Origin: Candidatus Zixiibacteriota bacterium
GTDB taxonomy: Bacteria > Zixibacteria > MSB-5A5 > UBA10806 > 4484-95
Direction of reading: 5' to 3'
NCBI GenBank assembly: GCA_029932605.1
Contig: JAOZPT010000002.1
Coordinates: forward strand, 35,739-99,738
Length of the DNA: 64,000 nt
The notes below the pieces were generated by a model, which did not search any database, was not told the DNA's origin, and worked only from the letters and a program-made list of their open reading frames with translations. Below are positions 30,392 to 40,022 of this stretch, piece by piece. How positions within the stretch are numbered: position 1 is the first letter of the stretch; each line of letters begins with the position of its first letter. The position numbers and the translations under genes are program-made.

Positions 30392-31624
30392 TTGAAAAAA
30401 TCTCTAAATAAAATAATTATTATTTACACAATCGCCGTAATTCTCAGAATTATTACTGTTCTTCTTTTTGCAGATAAAAATTATATATTCTTTGAACCTT
30501 ATGTTATTGGTAAAAACCTTGCTGATGGATTAGGTTATACATTTGGCTGGTATGGCAAGGTTCCGCTTCAACCGACAGCCCTGTTTCCACCGATTTATAC
30601 ATTATTCATTGCTTCAATTTTAAGTATATTTAAAAACCCCGATACTATATTCATCGTTCAATCTTTTTTAAATGCAGCTTGTGTTTTCCCTGCATATATT
30701 CTTGGCAGTTATATCAAAGACAAAAATACGGGGCTGATATCTTCTTTACTGGTGGCGGCTTTTCCGCAAATGGTCTTTGTTCCAGCCAAACTTGTCTCTG
30801 AAAATTTTTTCATTCCGCTCTTCGGTGTAACTATCTACTCATACATATCAATCAGAGAAAAAATTTTTGGTCATAACATGAGGTTAATATTTTATGGCAT
30901 TTTAGTAGGTTTGCTTACGCTAACAAAGTCCATAGGGATACTATTATTGATAACCGCAATTCTGGATATTTTCCTTAAAGGTAATAAAATTAAATATTCA
31001 ATAAAACATTCGCTTTTTATTTTAATTGCTTTTTTATCCATCATGACACCCTGGATGATAAGGAATACAATTGAACTTGGTTATCCGATAATGACCCGAA
31101 CAGGTTTGGGCTTTAACCTCTGGAGAGGGAATCATCAAGGAGCCTCAGGCACCGGCCGGGTTTCGCCATGGTTGACTATCGAAAAAGCCATGTCTTATGA
31201 ATATAAAAATTATATCCAACAAAATCTTCCAGAAAATGAACTTGAGATTGATAATTTCTATAAAAATGAAGCGCTAAGGTTCATCAGGAAAAATCCGATA
31301 AAATTTACCTGGCTGAGCCTGAAGAGACTTATATACTTCCTGACTATCGATCCTACTCATTACTTAACCAGAAATGTCATATACATAGCCAGTTATATTT
31401 TCTTAATGATCTTCGGTATATCAGGTATTATCAGCATGGTCAAAAAGAAGCGATGGAACGCGTATTTTACCATGACTATTGTCTCATTTATTGTCGTTTA
31501 CTCGGTAGTTATGGTACTTCCCCGATATCGCCTGCCATTAACCTGGCTTCTTTTATGTTTCTCTTCAATACCTCTCTCGAGATATCTATTGAAGGTTAAG
31601 GTAATTAAAACCCTGATCACTTAA
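30392..31624 (+). CDS. GT-C fold glycosyltransferase (ArnT/PMT/GT39-GT83-like polytopic membrane protein)
   Basis: Seen in sequence: 410 aa with ~10 predicted TM helices and an N-terminal loop resembling 4-amino-arabinose/mannosyl transferases. Very AT-rich. Confidence 0.55.
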   Translation: MKKSLNKIIIIYTIAVILRIITVLLFADKNYIFFEPYVIGKNLADGLGYTFGWYGKVPLQPTALFPPIYTLFIASILSIFKNPDTIFIVQSFLNAACVFPAYILGSYIKDKNTGLISSLLVAAFPQMVFVPAKLVSENFFIPLFGVTIYSYISIREKIFGHNMRLIFYGILVGLLTLTKSIGILLLITAILDIFLKGNKIKYSIKHSLFILIAFLSIMTPWMIRNTIELGYPIMTRTGLGFNLWRGNHQGASGTGRVSPWLTIEKAMSYEYKNYIQQNLPENELEIDNFYKNEALRFIRKNPIKFTWLSLKRLIYFLTIDPTHYLTRNVIYIASYIFLMIFGISGIISMVKKKRWNAYFTMTIVSFIVVYSVVMVLPRYRLPLTWLLLCFSSIPLSRYLLKVKVIKTLIT

Positions 31625-31886
31625 CATTATTTTATTTTCTAGAACAATGTAAAATTATCATCAGACAGATAATTATAAAATGCTATGTTGATAACAAGCA
31701 TTAGATTTTATAAAGGCTCTTTTATTACTGGCGTATCCCCAAATCATACCTAAATTGAGACTTTGAAAAATACAACCATCTTTCTGTAACTTATATAAAA
31801 ATATTGACAACAATATATTCTGGCTTATATTATCCAAAATTATAAAATGGGAATCTTAAAACAAATATCCCGAAAGGCGTATCAGC

Positions 31887-32531
31887 GTGTTAAAGGTTAA
31901 TTACCTTCTATTAACAATGAAAACCGACCGTGAAGTCAAACTGGGAGTTTCTCCTTTATCATTACAGGTTACCTCGGAATATCAGAAACTATTGAACCAA
32001 TCAGGTTACACCCCATCGGGAGGTAATTACCCTTTGATTCAATATAAGGTTATTCGGGGAGCACCGATCATCGTGGCTGTTAATGAGGGATGCGATGTTC
32101 TCTGGAATATTTATGATTGCTTGGATGAAATAAACGAAAGAAGCACATGGGAGATTACCGAAAAACGGATTATCGATAAAAAAGTAAACCTTGGGCCGAC
32201 CGATAAGTGGGTGCGATATCGATTCTTAACACCATGGTTGACTATTCCCGCTGAGGAACTTGGCAAAAAGACTCAAAATAACTTACAACAGAAAAACAAA
32301 ATCCTTACTCCTGTGTTGGAAAATAACTTTCTGGGTATAGCCCGTAATTTCGATATCCCTGTTGAAGATGAAATAAATATCAATTTAAATGTCAGGGATA
32401 ATTTCATTATTCAGAAAGACACTGGTGTAGCTGGCTTTTTCGGTACATTCTATGCAAATTTCGAATTGCCACCATTTTTGGGACTTGGTAGGTCGATTTC
32501 CCGTGGTTTTGGTACGATTAAACATAATTAA
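31887..32531 (+). CDS. Cas6-like RAMP endoribonuclease homolog (orphan; no CRISPR array or other cas genes in the window)
   Basis: Seen in sequence: the C-terminal GLGRSISRGFGTIKH matches the Cas6 glycine-rich loop consensus G-h-G-x5-G-h-G, positioned ~10 aa from the C-terminus as in Cas6 (compare P. furiosus GVGSKTALGFGRI). Size is 214 aa. Flanked by ~250 bp AT-rich spacers. Inference. Confidence 0.4.
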   Translation: MLKVNYLLLTMKTDREVKLGVSPLSLQVTSEYQKLLNQSGYTPSGGNYPLIQYKVIRGAPIIVAVNEGCDVLWNIYDCLDEINERSTWEITEKRIIDKKVNLGPTDKWVRYRFLTPWLTIPAEELGKKTQNNLQQKNKILTPVLENNFLGIARNFDIPVEDEININLNVRDNFIIQKDTGVAGFFGTFYANFELPPFLGLGRSISRGFGTIKHN

Positions 32532-32704
32532 ATAGAATATTTTATAAAACATGGTTTAATCTAGTTTTTTATGGTTATTATTGTGGCTGACATGGAGATA
32601 ATATCACCCACGTTAAAAAACACCATCAGGATTGACTTATCAGATAAGTGGTATTATGATTTTTTTTTACTCAGCAAATAAAAAATACTCTTTTTTTAAT
32701 AATC

Positions 32705-32750
32705 TTGACATATTTTTTATTTTGACATATAAATTGTCTTCGTTAAATAT
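32705..32750 (+). promoter_or_regulatory. Putative grpE promoter with tandem TTGACATAT direct repeats
   Basis: Seen in sequence: ttgacatat at 32705-32713 and 32722-32730. The second TTGACA, a 17-nt spacer and AAATAT would form a sigma70-like promoter ~20 nt upstream of the grpE SD. No CIRCE inverted repeat was found. Confidence 0.3.
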
Positions 32751-32766
32751 TCATAATTGAGGTAAG

Positions 32767-33360
32767 ATGTCTGGGAAGAAAGACAAGAAGTCAAAAGCAG
32801 AAGCTATTGGTAGTGAAAAAGAAAAAAAGGCTTCTAAAGCAGCCGGCAAGCCTAAAGCTGGAGTTTCGGTTGTAGATATTAAGGAAAGTGAAGAGTATAA
32901 GGAGCTTGAGGATAAATACTTAAGGCTTGCGGCCGAGTTTGAAAATTTCAAAAAAAGAAGCGCCCGCGAATTCTCCCGCCTCATCGAGACTGCCAGTGAT
33001 GATTTGATGCTTGAGTTACTGGAGGTCATCGATGATTTCCAGAGAGCACTACAGCTTGAACATTCTAATATCAAGGCTTTCCAGAAAGGTACTGAGCTGA
33101 TATATAATAAGCTTGGTGAAATCCTACGTAGAAGAAACTTAAAGGAGATAAAGGCTGTTGGTGAAGCTTTCGATCCAATGTATCACGAAGCCGTTATGCA
33201 AAAAGAGGTTGAGGACAAAGAGGATGGAATAATTATCGAGGAATTACAAAAAGGATACCTTGTTAACGATAGAGTCCTGCGACCTTCGAGAGTGGTTGTC
33301 GCCAAGAGGAAATTGCCAGAGCCCGATGAGTCAAATAATAATGATGTAAGCGAAAATTAG
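32767..33360 (+). CDS. grpE: Nucleotide exchange factor GrpE
   Basis: Seen in sequence: a coiled-coil N-terminus (LEDKYLRLAAEFENFKKR), then the conserved GrpE core (VGEAFDPMYHEAVMQ). 197 aa. Confidence 0.9.
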   Translation: MSGKKDKKSKAEAIGSEKEKKASKAAGKPKAGVSVVDIKESEEYKELEDKYLRLAAEFENFKKRSAREFSRLIETASDDLMLELLEVIDDFQRALQLEHSNIKAFQKGTELIYNKLGEILRRRNLKEIKAVGEAFDPMYHEAVMQKEVEDKEDGIIIEELQKGYLVNDRVLRPSRVVVAKRKLPEPDESNNNDVSEN

Positions 33361-33589
33361 CGGGGTTTAATAAAGGGACATCTTTTTCGACTAATTAATT
33401 AAAGCCTGGTTAAATAATTTGTACTCGAGAATCAGCGTTCTTCGATATGTTATTTATTAAAAATACAAGGTTCAAAAAGCTGGTTACAGACGTTTTTTTA
33501 TAATAGTTGGTTTTAAGAATTATTAATCAAAAATAGATACAAATGTAATTTAGTTTAATATGATGACATAAAACATATCAAAAGGAGTT

Positions 33590-34462
33590 TTGATGACACG
33601 GATTATCGGTATCGTCAACTTAAAAGGTGGTGTGGGTAAGACAACAACATGTGTTAATCTTGGAGCCGCTCTTGCTTTAAAAGGGCAGAAAGTGCTTTTG
33701 ATTGACTTAGACCCCCAACAGAGCCTGACCAGCTGGGCAGGGATAGACCAGTGGCCGACAATAAGCAATGTACTCTCCGGTGAAACGGATGCTTCTCAGG
33801 CGATTGTTAAATGGGAGAAGACCGGTTGCTGGGTAATCCCATCCGGGGAAGATCTGCGCTTGAAAGAAAATCAGCTTACAACGCTTGATCAACGCGAGTT
33901 TGTCCTGAAAAATAAATTGCAGATATTGGAAGATTTCGACTATATGTTTATAGATACTTCCCCATCCTATGGACTTTTGACAATTAATGCTATTTGCGCC
34001 TCAACCGAGATTATCATCCCCTTGCAGACTGAGATACTGGCTCTTGAAAGCACAATCCCATTTTTCGATACCCTGGGAGATATAAAAGAAAGATTTCACC
34101 CACGGTTGAAAATTACCGGTATTTTACCGTGCATGTTTGATGCACGCACCCGTTTGTCTAAAAATACTCTTGACCAGATGAGGTCATCAGAATACCTCGG
34201 ACCGCTTTTATTTAAAACATTCATAAGGAAAAATGTCAGGTTGGCTGAAACTCCCGCTCAGGGTTTTGCTGTAACCCGATATTCATCAGCTTATGGTGCC
34301 GAGGACTATATAGCCCTGGCTGAGGAGGTTCATAGCAGAGGCGGAGAACTGGGAATTGAGGTTTTACCCGACGATAAAAACGGAATTGAAATGGATTCAG
34401 CAGAAGTAATATCATCAGAATCTCAATCGCCTAATCTAATGGGAAAATCAGATGATCTTTAA
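33590..34462 (+). CDS. ParA/MinD-family P-loop ATPase (orphan; no parB seen)
   Basis: Seen in sequence: deviant Walker A (NLKGGVGKTTT), Walker A' and Walker B (LIDLDPQ, FIDTSPS). 290 aa with an acidic tail. Confidence 0.85.
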   Translation: MMTRIIGIVNLKGGVGKTTTCVNLGAALALKGQKVLLIDLDPQQSLTSWAGIDQWPTISNVLSGETDASQAIVKWEKTGCWVIPSGEDLRLKENQLTTLDQREFVLKNKLQILEDFDYMFIDTSPSYGLLTINAICASTEIIIPLQTEILALESTIPFFDTLGDIKERFHPRLKITGILPCMFDARTRLSKNTLDQMRSSEYLGPLLFKTFIRKNVRLAETPAQGFAVTRYSSAYGAEDYIALAEEVHSRGGELGIEVLPDDKNGIEMDSAEVISSESQSPNLMGKSDDL

Positions 34463-34530
34463 TGCGATAAACTAAAGATATAATTTTTATGAAACCAGAC
34501 GTTTGAAAACAGGTAGGTGAGATGAGTGTT

Positions 34531-34752
34531 ATGAAGATTTCTATTGAATACTGCGTTGAGTGAAATTATGAACCGCAAGCGACCAGTTTGGCCACAGCTT
34601 TGAAGAAACGTTTTGGCGTAAAGTCCCAATTGATTAAATCGGGCGGGGGTGTATTTGAGATTGTAAAAGACGATGTTTTGATTTTCTCCAAAAAGCAAAC
34701 CGGAAGATTCCCGGAGCATGATGAGATTTTCGAAAAGATAAAGGAAAAATAA
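34531..34752 (+). CDS. SelW-like (Rdx family) selenoprotein with an in-frame TGA (Sec) at 34561-34563
   Basis: Seen in sequence: MKISIEYCVE-[TGA]-NYEPQATSLATALKKRFGVKSQLIKSGGGVFEIVKDDVLIFSKKQTGRFPEHDEIFEKIKEK. The TGA falls exactly at the CxxU position of SelW/Rdx proteins, and the downstream frame keeps the family hallmarks (GGGVFEI, LIFSKK, GRFPE). AGGTAGGTGAG lies upstream; an alternative in-frame ATG is at 34522. Not in the ORF track because of the TGA. Confidence 0.65.
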
Positions 34753-34985
34753 AATAATTTTTTAACAGTAAAAGATATTTTTTTATTCGATTAAAAAAGG
34801 CCACCGATATCATACAGTTTTTTAACATCAAACCTGACAAATTGCTTTTTTAATTTGAACTTGCTTTAAAATTTTCAAATATTTATATTTTTTAACGTGG
34901 AGAAAATATCGGGATATTCTATAATTACGATTTATGACATTAAAGTAGCTTTTAATGAAAAATCATATAAGGTGTATTTAACATA

Positions 34986-35810
34986 ATGTTTACGCTTTTG
35001 AAATATGTTTTCTCGGTAGTTATCTGGGCTGTTGTTGCGGCAGCTTTCCTGATTGCTAAGAGTCCAGAGCTATTCTTGTTCTGGGTGTTGATAGGCGCTG
35101 TTTTGATACTATCCTGGTTGGTCAAATTCATTTGGAAATGGATCGTGGGCATATTTTTCCCCACTATTATGATAAGGTCATTCGCTTTATTTATCATGCT
35201 TGCTATTATTTTATTTGCTCTTGTATACCAGGCTATTATCGTCCCGGGTTTGAATCACTGGGGCACAACTAAAAACGAACTGGAAAAACAATACCCTATA
35301 GATAAGTTCCTCCCTCAGTCTAAAACAGTGGCTTATCGGGCGGTCACAATCGATGCGCCGGTGAATAGAGTTTACCCGCTGATAGAACAACTGGCTACCG
35401 AGGGGCTTTTGAATTTTAATGTAAACATTTTCGATTTGCTCAAAAATGAACCAGCTATGTTCATATTCAAAAAAACAGAAAGCTTTAATGGCCTTTCCAA
35501 TATTAATGTGGGTGACAGATTTTTAGTGGGCGAGATAGTCCAGGCAGAAAGGAATCGCAGCTTGACTTTAAAGCTGGATCAGCGAAGGTTTCCCTGGAAT
35601 AAGTTCAATAATATTTATGCCGGCTATTACCTTGACAAACAGGGGAAAAATAAAACAAGAGTGGTGATGAAAATCAAAGCCGATTACGAGGGATATTTTG
35701 CCTGGTTTTCTGCGAAATATTTAATAGAACTGGGCGACTACTGGGTCTCTCGTTACCAATTAAATACCGTTAAGATGATGGCTGAGGCCCCGGTTACTGA
35801 GAAGGGTTAA
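34986..35810 (+). CDS. Membrane protein with a C-terminal SRPBCC/START-like soluble domain (hypothetical)
   Basis: Seen in sequence: three N-terminal TM helices, then a ~150-aa alpha/beta-looking domain. Weak inference. Confidence 0.4.
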   Translation: MFTLLKYVFSVVIWAVVAAAFLIAKSPELFLFWVLIGAVLILSWLVKFIWKWIVGIFFPTIMIRSFALFIMLAIILFALVYQAIIVPGLNHWGTTKNELEKQYPIDKFLPQSKTVAYRAVTIDAPVNRVYPLIEQLATEGLLNFNVNIFDLLKNEPAMFIFKKTESFNGLSNINVGDRFLVGEIVQAERNRSLTLKLDQRRFPWNKFNNIYAGYYLDKQGKNKTRVVMKIKADYEGYFAWFSAKYLIELGDYWVSRYQLNTVKMMAEAPVTEKG

Positions 35811-35874
35811 AAATGACTACCCGTTTTTGCTGTGTATTAACCTCAAATCCAATGAACTTATCGAGCAGTTAAAG

Positions 35875-37104
35875 ATGTCAGAATTGTTATATTTAATCAT
35901 AGGCATCGTTGTCGGGGTTATTGTCGTCCTGTTGATTTCTTACCTGAGGAGAAAAGATACTAAAGCTTTGGCTCAGCAGTTGGTTTTGGATGCTCAGGCG
36001 GAAAAGCTAAAGGACTTAGAAAGTTTTTTAGGCAGGATAAAAGAGTCTTTTGATTCAGTATCCATGGAGGCACTGAACAAAAGCTTAAAACAACATCTGG
36101 AAATTGCAAAAAGTGCGCTGTCAGAGCAGTCAGCCCTGGGGGCTAAAGAGCTGGAGAGCAAAAAGGATTTAATTTCCCAGACTTATAAATCGATGAAAGA
36201 TGAGCTGGAGAAAGTTAGCAGTTTGATAACGGAATTTGAGAAGGACCGCCAGAAGAAATATGGAGAGTTGACAAACCTTCTCAGCAATACGAGCAATGAA
36301 CTGAATCGTCTTCAGGAAACAACGGGTAAGCTGACCACCGCCTTATCCAGCGCCAGCATGAGAGGCCAATGGGGTGAAAGAATGGCAGAGGATGTCTTGA
36401 AGTTGGCGGGTTTTATTGAGGGTATTAACTATTATAAACAGAAAACTCTCGAGAGCTCAAGATACCGCCCCGATTTTACATTTACATTGCCCAATAATCA
36501 AAAAATTAACATGGATGTTAAGTTTCCATTTGACAATTATTGGCATTATTTAGAGGCTGATAATTCTGATGATAAGAACAGATTCAAAAACATGTTTTTA
36601 AGAGATGTTAGAAATCATATACGAGACGTTACTTCTCGTGATTATATCAATCCTGATGATAACACCTTGCCATATGTCATAATGTTTATTCCTAACGAAC
36701 AAGTCTACTCGTTTATCAATGAAAGTGACAGGTCAATACTTGACGAAGCCATCGAAAATAAGGTGGCTTTATGCTCACCGTTGACGCTTTTTGCTATACT
36801 GGCCATAATCAGGCAGGCGGTTGAAAATTTTAAGTTGGAAAGTACAGCAGGCCAGATGTCATCTTTGATGGGCAATTTCAAAAAACAGTGGGAACTGTTC
36901 ATCGCAGGTATGAATAAAATGGGTAAACGAATAGATGATGCACAGAGAGAATACAACAGGCTGGTTACGACCCGTAAAAACCAGCTTCAAAAACCGCTGG
37001 ACAAAATAGAAGAGCTGAGAATACAAAAGGGTTTGCCGATATCTGAGATTGAAGAGGTCGGGTTTGATGAAGAAAACTTTCTTGATGTTAAAAACGATGA
37101 TTAA
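35875..37104 (+). CDS. rmuC: DNA recombination protein RmuC
   Basis: Seen in sequence: an N-terminal TM helix (MSELLYLIIGIVVGVIVVLLISYL), a long coiled-coil, and the RmuC C-terminal nuclease-like core (RGQWGERMAEDVLKLAGF...PDFTFTLPNNQKINMDVKFP). The ATG at 35875 is preferred over the tracked TTG at 35827. Confidence 0.75.
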   Translation: MSELLYLIIGIVVGVIVVLLISYLRRKDTKALAQQLVLDAQAEKLKDLESFLGRIKESFDSVSMEALNKSLKQHLEIAKSALSEQSALGAKELESKKDLISQTYKSMKDELEKVSSLITEFEKDRQKKYGELTNLLSNTSNELNRLQETTGKLTTALSSASMRGQWGERMAEDVLKLAGFIEGINYYKQKTLESSRYRPDFTFTLPNNQKINMDVKFPFDNYWHYLEADNSDDKNRFKNMFLRDVRNHIRDVTSRDYINPDDNTLPYVIMFIPNEQVYSFINESDRSILDEAIENKVALCSPLTLFAILAIIRQAVENFKLESTAGQMSSLMGNFKKQWELFIAGMNKMGKRIDDAQREYNRLVTTRKNQLQKPLDKIEELRIQKGLPISEIEEVGFDEENFLDVKNDD

Positions 37105-37259
37105 TCTTTTTAAATTTAAAAGTATTAAAGTTGAATAAAAAATTAAACATTCTTTTTGGTCTTTAGTTATTATTTTGTGCTGTTGCATTTTTAATAAAAA
37201 TATGTTATATAAATTAATCATATAGATTTATACTATGAAAGCAAAGGAGTTAAAATAAA

Positions 37260-39194
37260 ATGTCAAAAGTGATAGGAATAGACCTTGGCACTACTAATTC
37301 ATGCGTGGCGGTAATGGAGGCTGGTGAGGCGAAAGTCATCACCAATCCTGATGGCTCTCGCACCACTCCCTCGGTGGTGGCTTTTACAAAAACCGGCGAA
37401 AGGCTTATCGGCCAAACTGCCAAAAGGCAGGCGATAACCAACCCGGAAAACACGATATTCTCCATCAAACGGTTTATGGGGCGTCGCCATGGTGAGGTTT
37501 CCTCGGAGGAGAAAATTGTTCCTTACAAAGTGACTCATGCCCCCAATGACGACGTTCGAGTAATAGCTCAGGGTAAAGAATATGCGCCACCGGAAATATC
37601 GGCAATGATTCTTCAGTATCTCAAAAAAGCAGCTGAGGAATATCTTGGTGAAACCGTTACTAAAGCAGTAATTACTGTACCAGCTTATTTCAATGACAGT
37701 CAAAGGCAAGCAACCAAGGATGCCGGTGAGATTGCCGGTCTTGAGGTGCTTCGGATTATTAACGAACCAACAGCTGCTTCTCTGGCTTACGGCCTTGACA
37801 AGAAAAAAGACCAGAAAATTGCAGTATTTGACCTAGGAGGTGGCACTTTTGACATCTCGATACTGGATTTGGGCGAGGGAGTATTTGAAGTAAGGGCTAC
37901 AAACGGTGATACACATCTGGGTGGTGACGATTTCGATCAACGGATCATTGATTATCTGGCAGATGAGTTCAAAAAAGACCAGGGTATTGATCTCCGGCAA
38001 GATAGAATGGCTTTGCAACGATTGAAAGAGGCCGCTGAAAAGGCAAAGTGCGAGCTATCGACAACTATGCAAACCAACATTAATCTACCCTTTATAACTG
38101 CTGACCAGTCAGGCCCGAAACATCTTGATATGACATTAACACGTGCCAAGCTAGAACAATTATGTGATGACTTAATTCAACGTGTAATCGAACCCTGTCG
38201 CCAAGCTTTAGAGGATGCCAAGCTCTCCACCGGCGATATCAATGAAGTTATATTGGTTGGTGGAATGACGCGTATGCCAAAGGTTCAGGAAACTGTCAAG
38301 GAGCTTTTCGGACGAGAACCTCATAAGGGAGTCAATCCCGATGAGGTGGTGGCAGTTGGAGCGGCCATTCAAGCCGGTGTTTTAGCCGGTGATGTTAAAG
38401 ATGTACTTCTTCTGGATGTTACCCCACTATCTCTTGGTATCGAAACTCTTGGCGGTGTTTTCACCAAGCTTATCGAACGCAACACCACAATTCCCACTAA
38501 AAAGTCGCAGATATTTTCCACGGCGGCTGACAATCAACCAGCTGTTTCCATCAATGTGCTTCAGGGTGAACGTGAAATGGCAATAGACAACCGCACGTTG
38601 GGAAGATTCGATTTGGTTGGCATTCCTCCCGCTCCTCGAGGCGTACCGCAGATCGAGGTTACTTTCGATATCGATGCTAATGGTATCATGCATGTTTCAG
38701 CCAAGGACCTTGGAACGGGCAAAGAACAATCAATCAAAATCGAATCCTCTTCTGGATTAACTGAACAAGAGATTGAGCGGATGAAGAAAGATGGGGAACT
38801 TCATTCGGAAGAGGATAAGAAGCGCCGTCAACTTGTCGAAGCTAAGAACAAAGCTGACTCAATGATATACACAACCGAGAAGTCGCTCAAAGAATATGGT
38901 GATAAAATATCCGAAGATGACAAGAAGAAAATTGAACAGGCAATAAACACCTGTAGAGAGGCTATGAAATCCGACGATACCGAGCGGATAAACAAGACTG
39001 TCGAAGAGTTGATGACAGTCTCGCACAAACTGGCAGAGGAGATCTATAAAAAGACATCCACTGAGAGTAAGCAGACCGCCGGTGACCAAACGGCGGAAAC
39101 AAAGAAAGCTCATACTGCCGATTCCGGTGACAAGGGCAAGGGTAAAGACGAGGGGGCAGTTGATGCAGACTTTGAAGTTGTCGATGATAAATAA
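37260..39194 (+). CDS. dnaK: Molecular chaperone DnaK (Hsp70)
   Basis: Seen in sequence: [40 protein letters not shown] and a C-terminal lid with an acidic tail. AAAGGAG SD. 644 aa. Confidence 0.97.
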   Translation: MSKVIGIDLGTTNSCVAVMEAGEAKVITNPDGSRTTPSVVAFTKTGERLIGQTAKRQAITNPENTIFSIKRFMGRRHGEVSSEEKIVPYKVTHAPNDDVRVIAQGKEYAPPEISAMILQYLKKAAEEYLGETVTKAVITVPAYFNDSQRQATKDAGEIAGLEVLRIINEPTAASLAYGLDKKKDQKIAVFDLGGGTFDISILDLGEGVFEVRATNGDTHLGGDDFDQRIIDYLADEFKKDQGIDLRQDRMALQRLKEAAEKAKCELSTTMQTNINLPFITADQSGPKHLDMTLTRAKLEQLCDDLIQRVIEPCRQALEDAKLSTGDINEVILVGGMTRMPKVQETVKELFGREPHKGVNPDEVVAVGAAIQAGVLAGDVKDVLLLDVTPLSLGIETLGGVFTKLIERNTTIPTKKSQIFSTAADNQPAVSINVLQGEREMAIDNRTLGRFDLVGIPPAPRGVPQIEVTFDIDANGIMHVSAKDLGTGKEQSIKIESSSGLTEQEIERMKKDGELHSEEDKKRRQLVEAKNKADSMIYTTEKSLKEYGDKISEDDKKKIEQAINTCREAMKSDDTERINKTVEELMTVSHKLAEEIYKKTSTESKQTAGDQTAETKKAHTADSGDKGKGKDEGAVDADFEVVDDK

Positions 39195-39474
39195 AACCAT
39201 ATAATATCAACTAAAAAATTGTCAAAATGGTAATTTATTCTTATTAAAAAACCGATAAAAATATTGATATTTCAATACTGGATGATTATCGTAAAAATCG
39301 AAAATATCAATTACAATGTTTATTTATTAGAACATTTGGAAAATAGGTTTCACCGCTAACCGTTTAGGGAGCTTATCCATCTAACAAAGCCTGTTTGGTA
39401 ATTTCTATGAAAACAAAAGAAATCCTTTTATTGCCTTAAAAACAAGTTGAACGGAAATTAAATATTAACGTATT

Positions 39475-39831
39475 ATGAGTAAAATTACCAACAAAATTAA
39501 GCAATGGCTTGAAGATCAAAATCTCAGTTATGCCATTCAAGCAGAGACTTTTGTTATTGACGGTGATGGCCCGAAACCCTTCAAATATATCCCCAATTTT
39601 ATCATCTTGGGCAGACGATTCCAAAACAAAGCGGTAGTAGTTGAACCAATCACTTCATTTGTTCCTCAGGGTGGTTTAAAAAGGGTTCAAGCGTTTAAAC
39701 GTCAATTTAATAGTAAGTACCATATTGTAATCATTACTAAGAAACGGATACTGGACCTGATTCCCAAAAACGCTTATGACCAGCTTATAGTTTACGAACA
39801 GCTGGATAAGTCAAGAATCAAGTTTCGGTAA
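39475..39831 (+). CDS. Hypothetical protein (118 aa, low GC)
   Basis: Seen in sequence only. No confident family. Isolated between dnaK and uvrD. Confidence 0.35.
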   Translation: MSKITNKIKQWLEDQNLSYAIQAETFVIDGDGPKPFKYIPNFIILGRRFQNKAVVVEPITSFVPQGGLKRVQAFKRQFNSKYHIVIITKKRILDLIPKNAYDQLIVYEQLDKSRIKFR

Positions 39832-40022
39832 GTTAAATAGATAAGGTCTCTTCCATTTACATTAAACATTCATCTACATTTCTGATGAGAAGTTCAACCA
39901 AGTTTTAGGGCATCATCTTATAAAGCTTAATTTTGTTTGGTTCTTCACCTCGATCTGATAAATAGCAATTTTTCTGTAAAACCATTAACATTACAGAGAA
40001 AATAGATTATATTAATACCGCT

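Noticed and set aside
34459-34840. Tracked minus-strand ORFs 34459-34719 and 34634-34840
   Set aside because: They lie antisense to a far better explanation: the plus-strand SelW-like gene with conserved family motifs. They have no SD or homology and are most likely spurious.
32532-37259. HrcA CIRCE operator upstream of grpE or dnaK
   Set aside because: No TTAGCACTC-N9-GAGTGCTAA-like inverted repeat was found by eye in either upstream region.
39195-39474. tRNA, tmRNA, SRP-RNA or RNase P candidates in the larger intergenic regions (19228-19514, 39195-39474, 43617-43868, 46831-47129, 47952-49301)
   Set aside because: No cloverleaf-compatible sequences (no GTTCGA/TTCGAATCC-type T-arm motifs) and no recognisable conserved ncRNA cores were seen. 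The absence is stated with limited certainty, since no search could be run.
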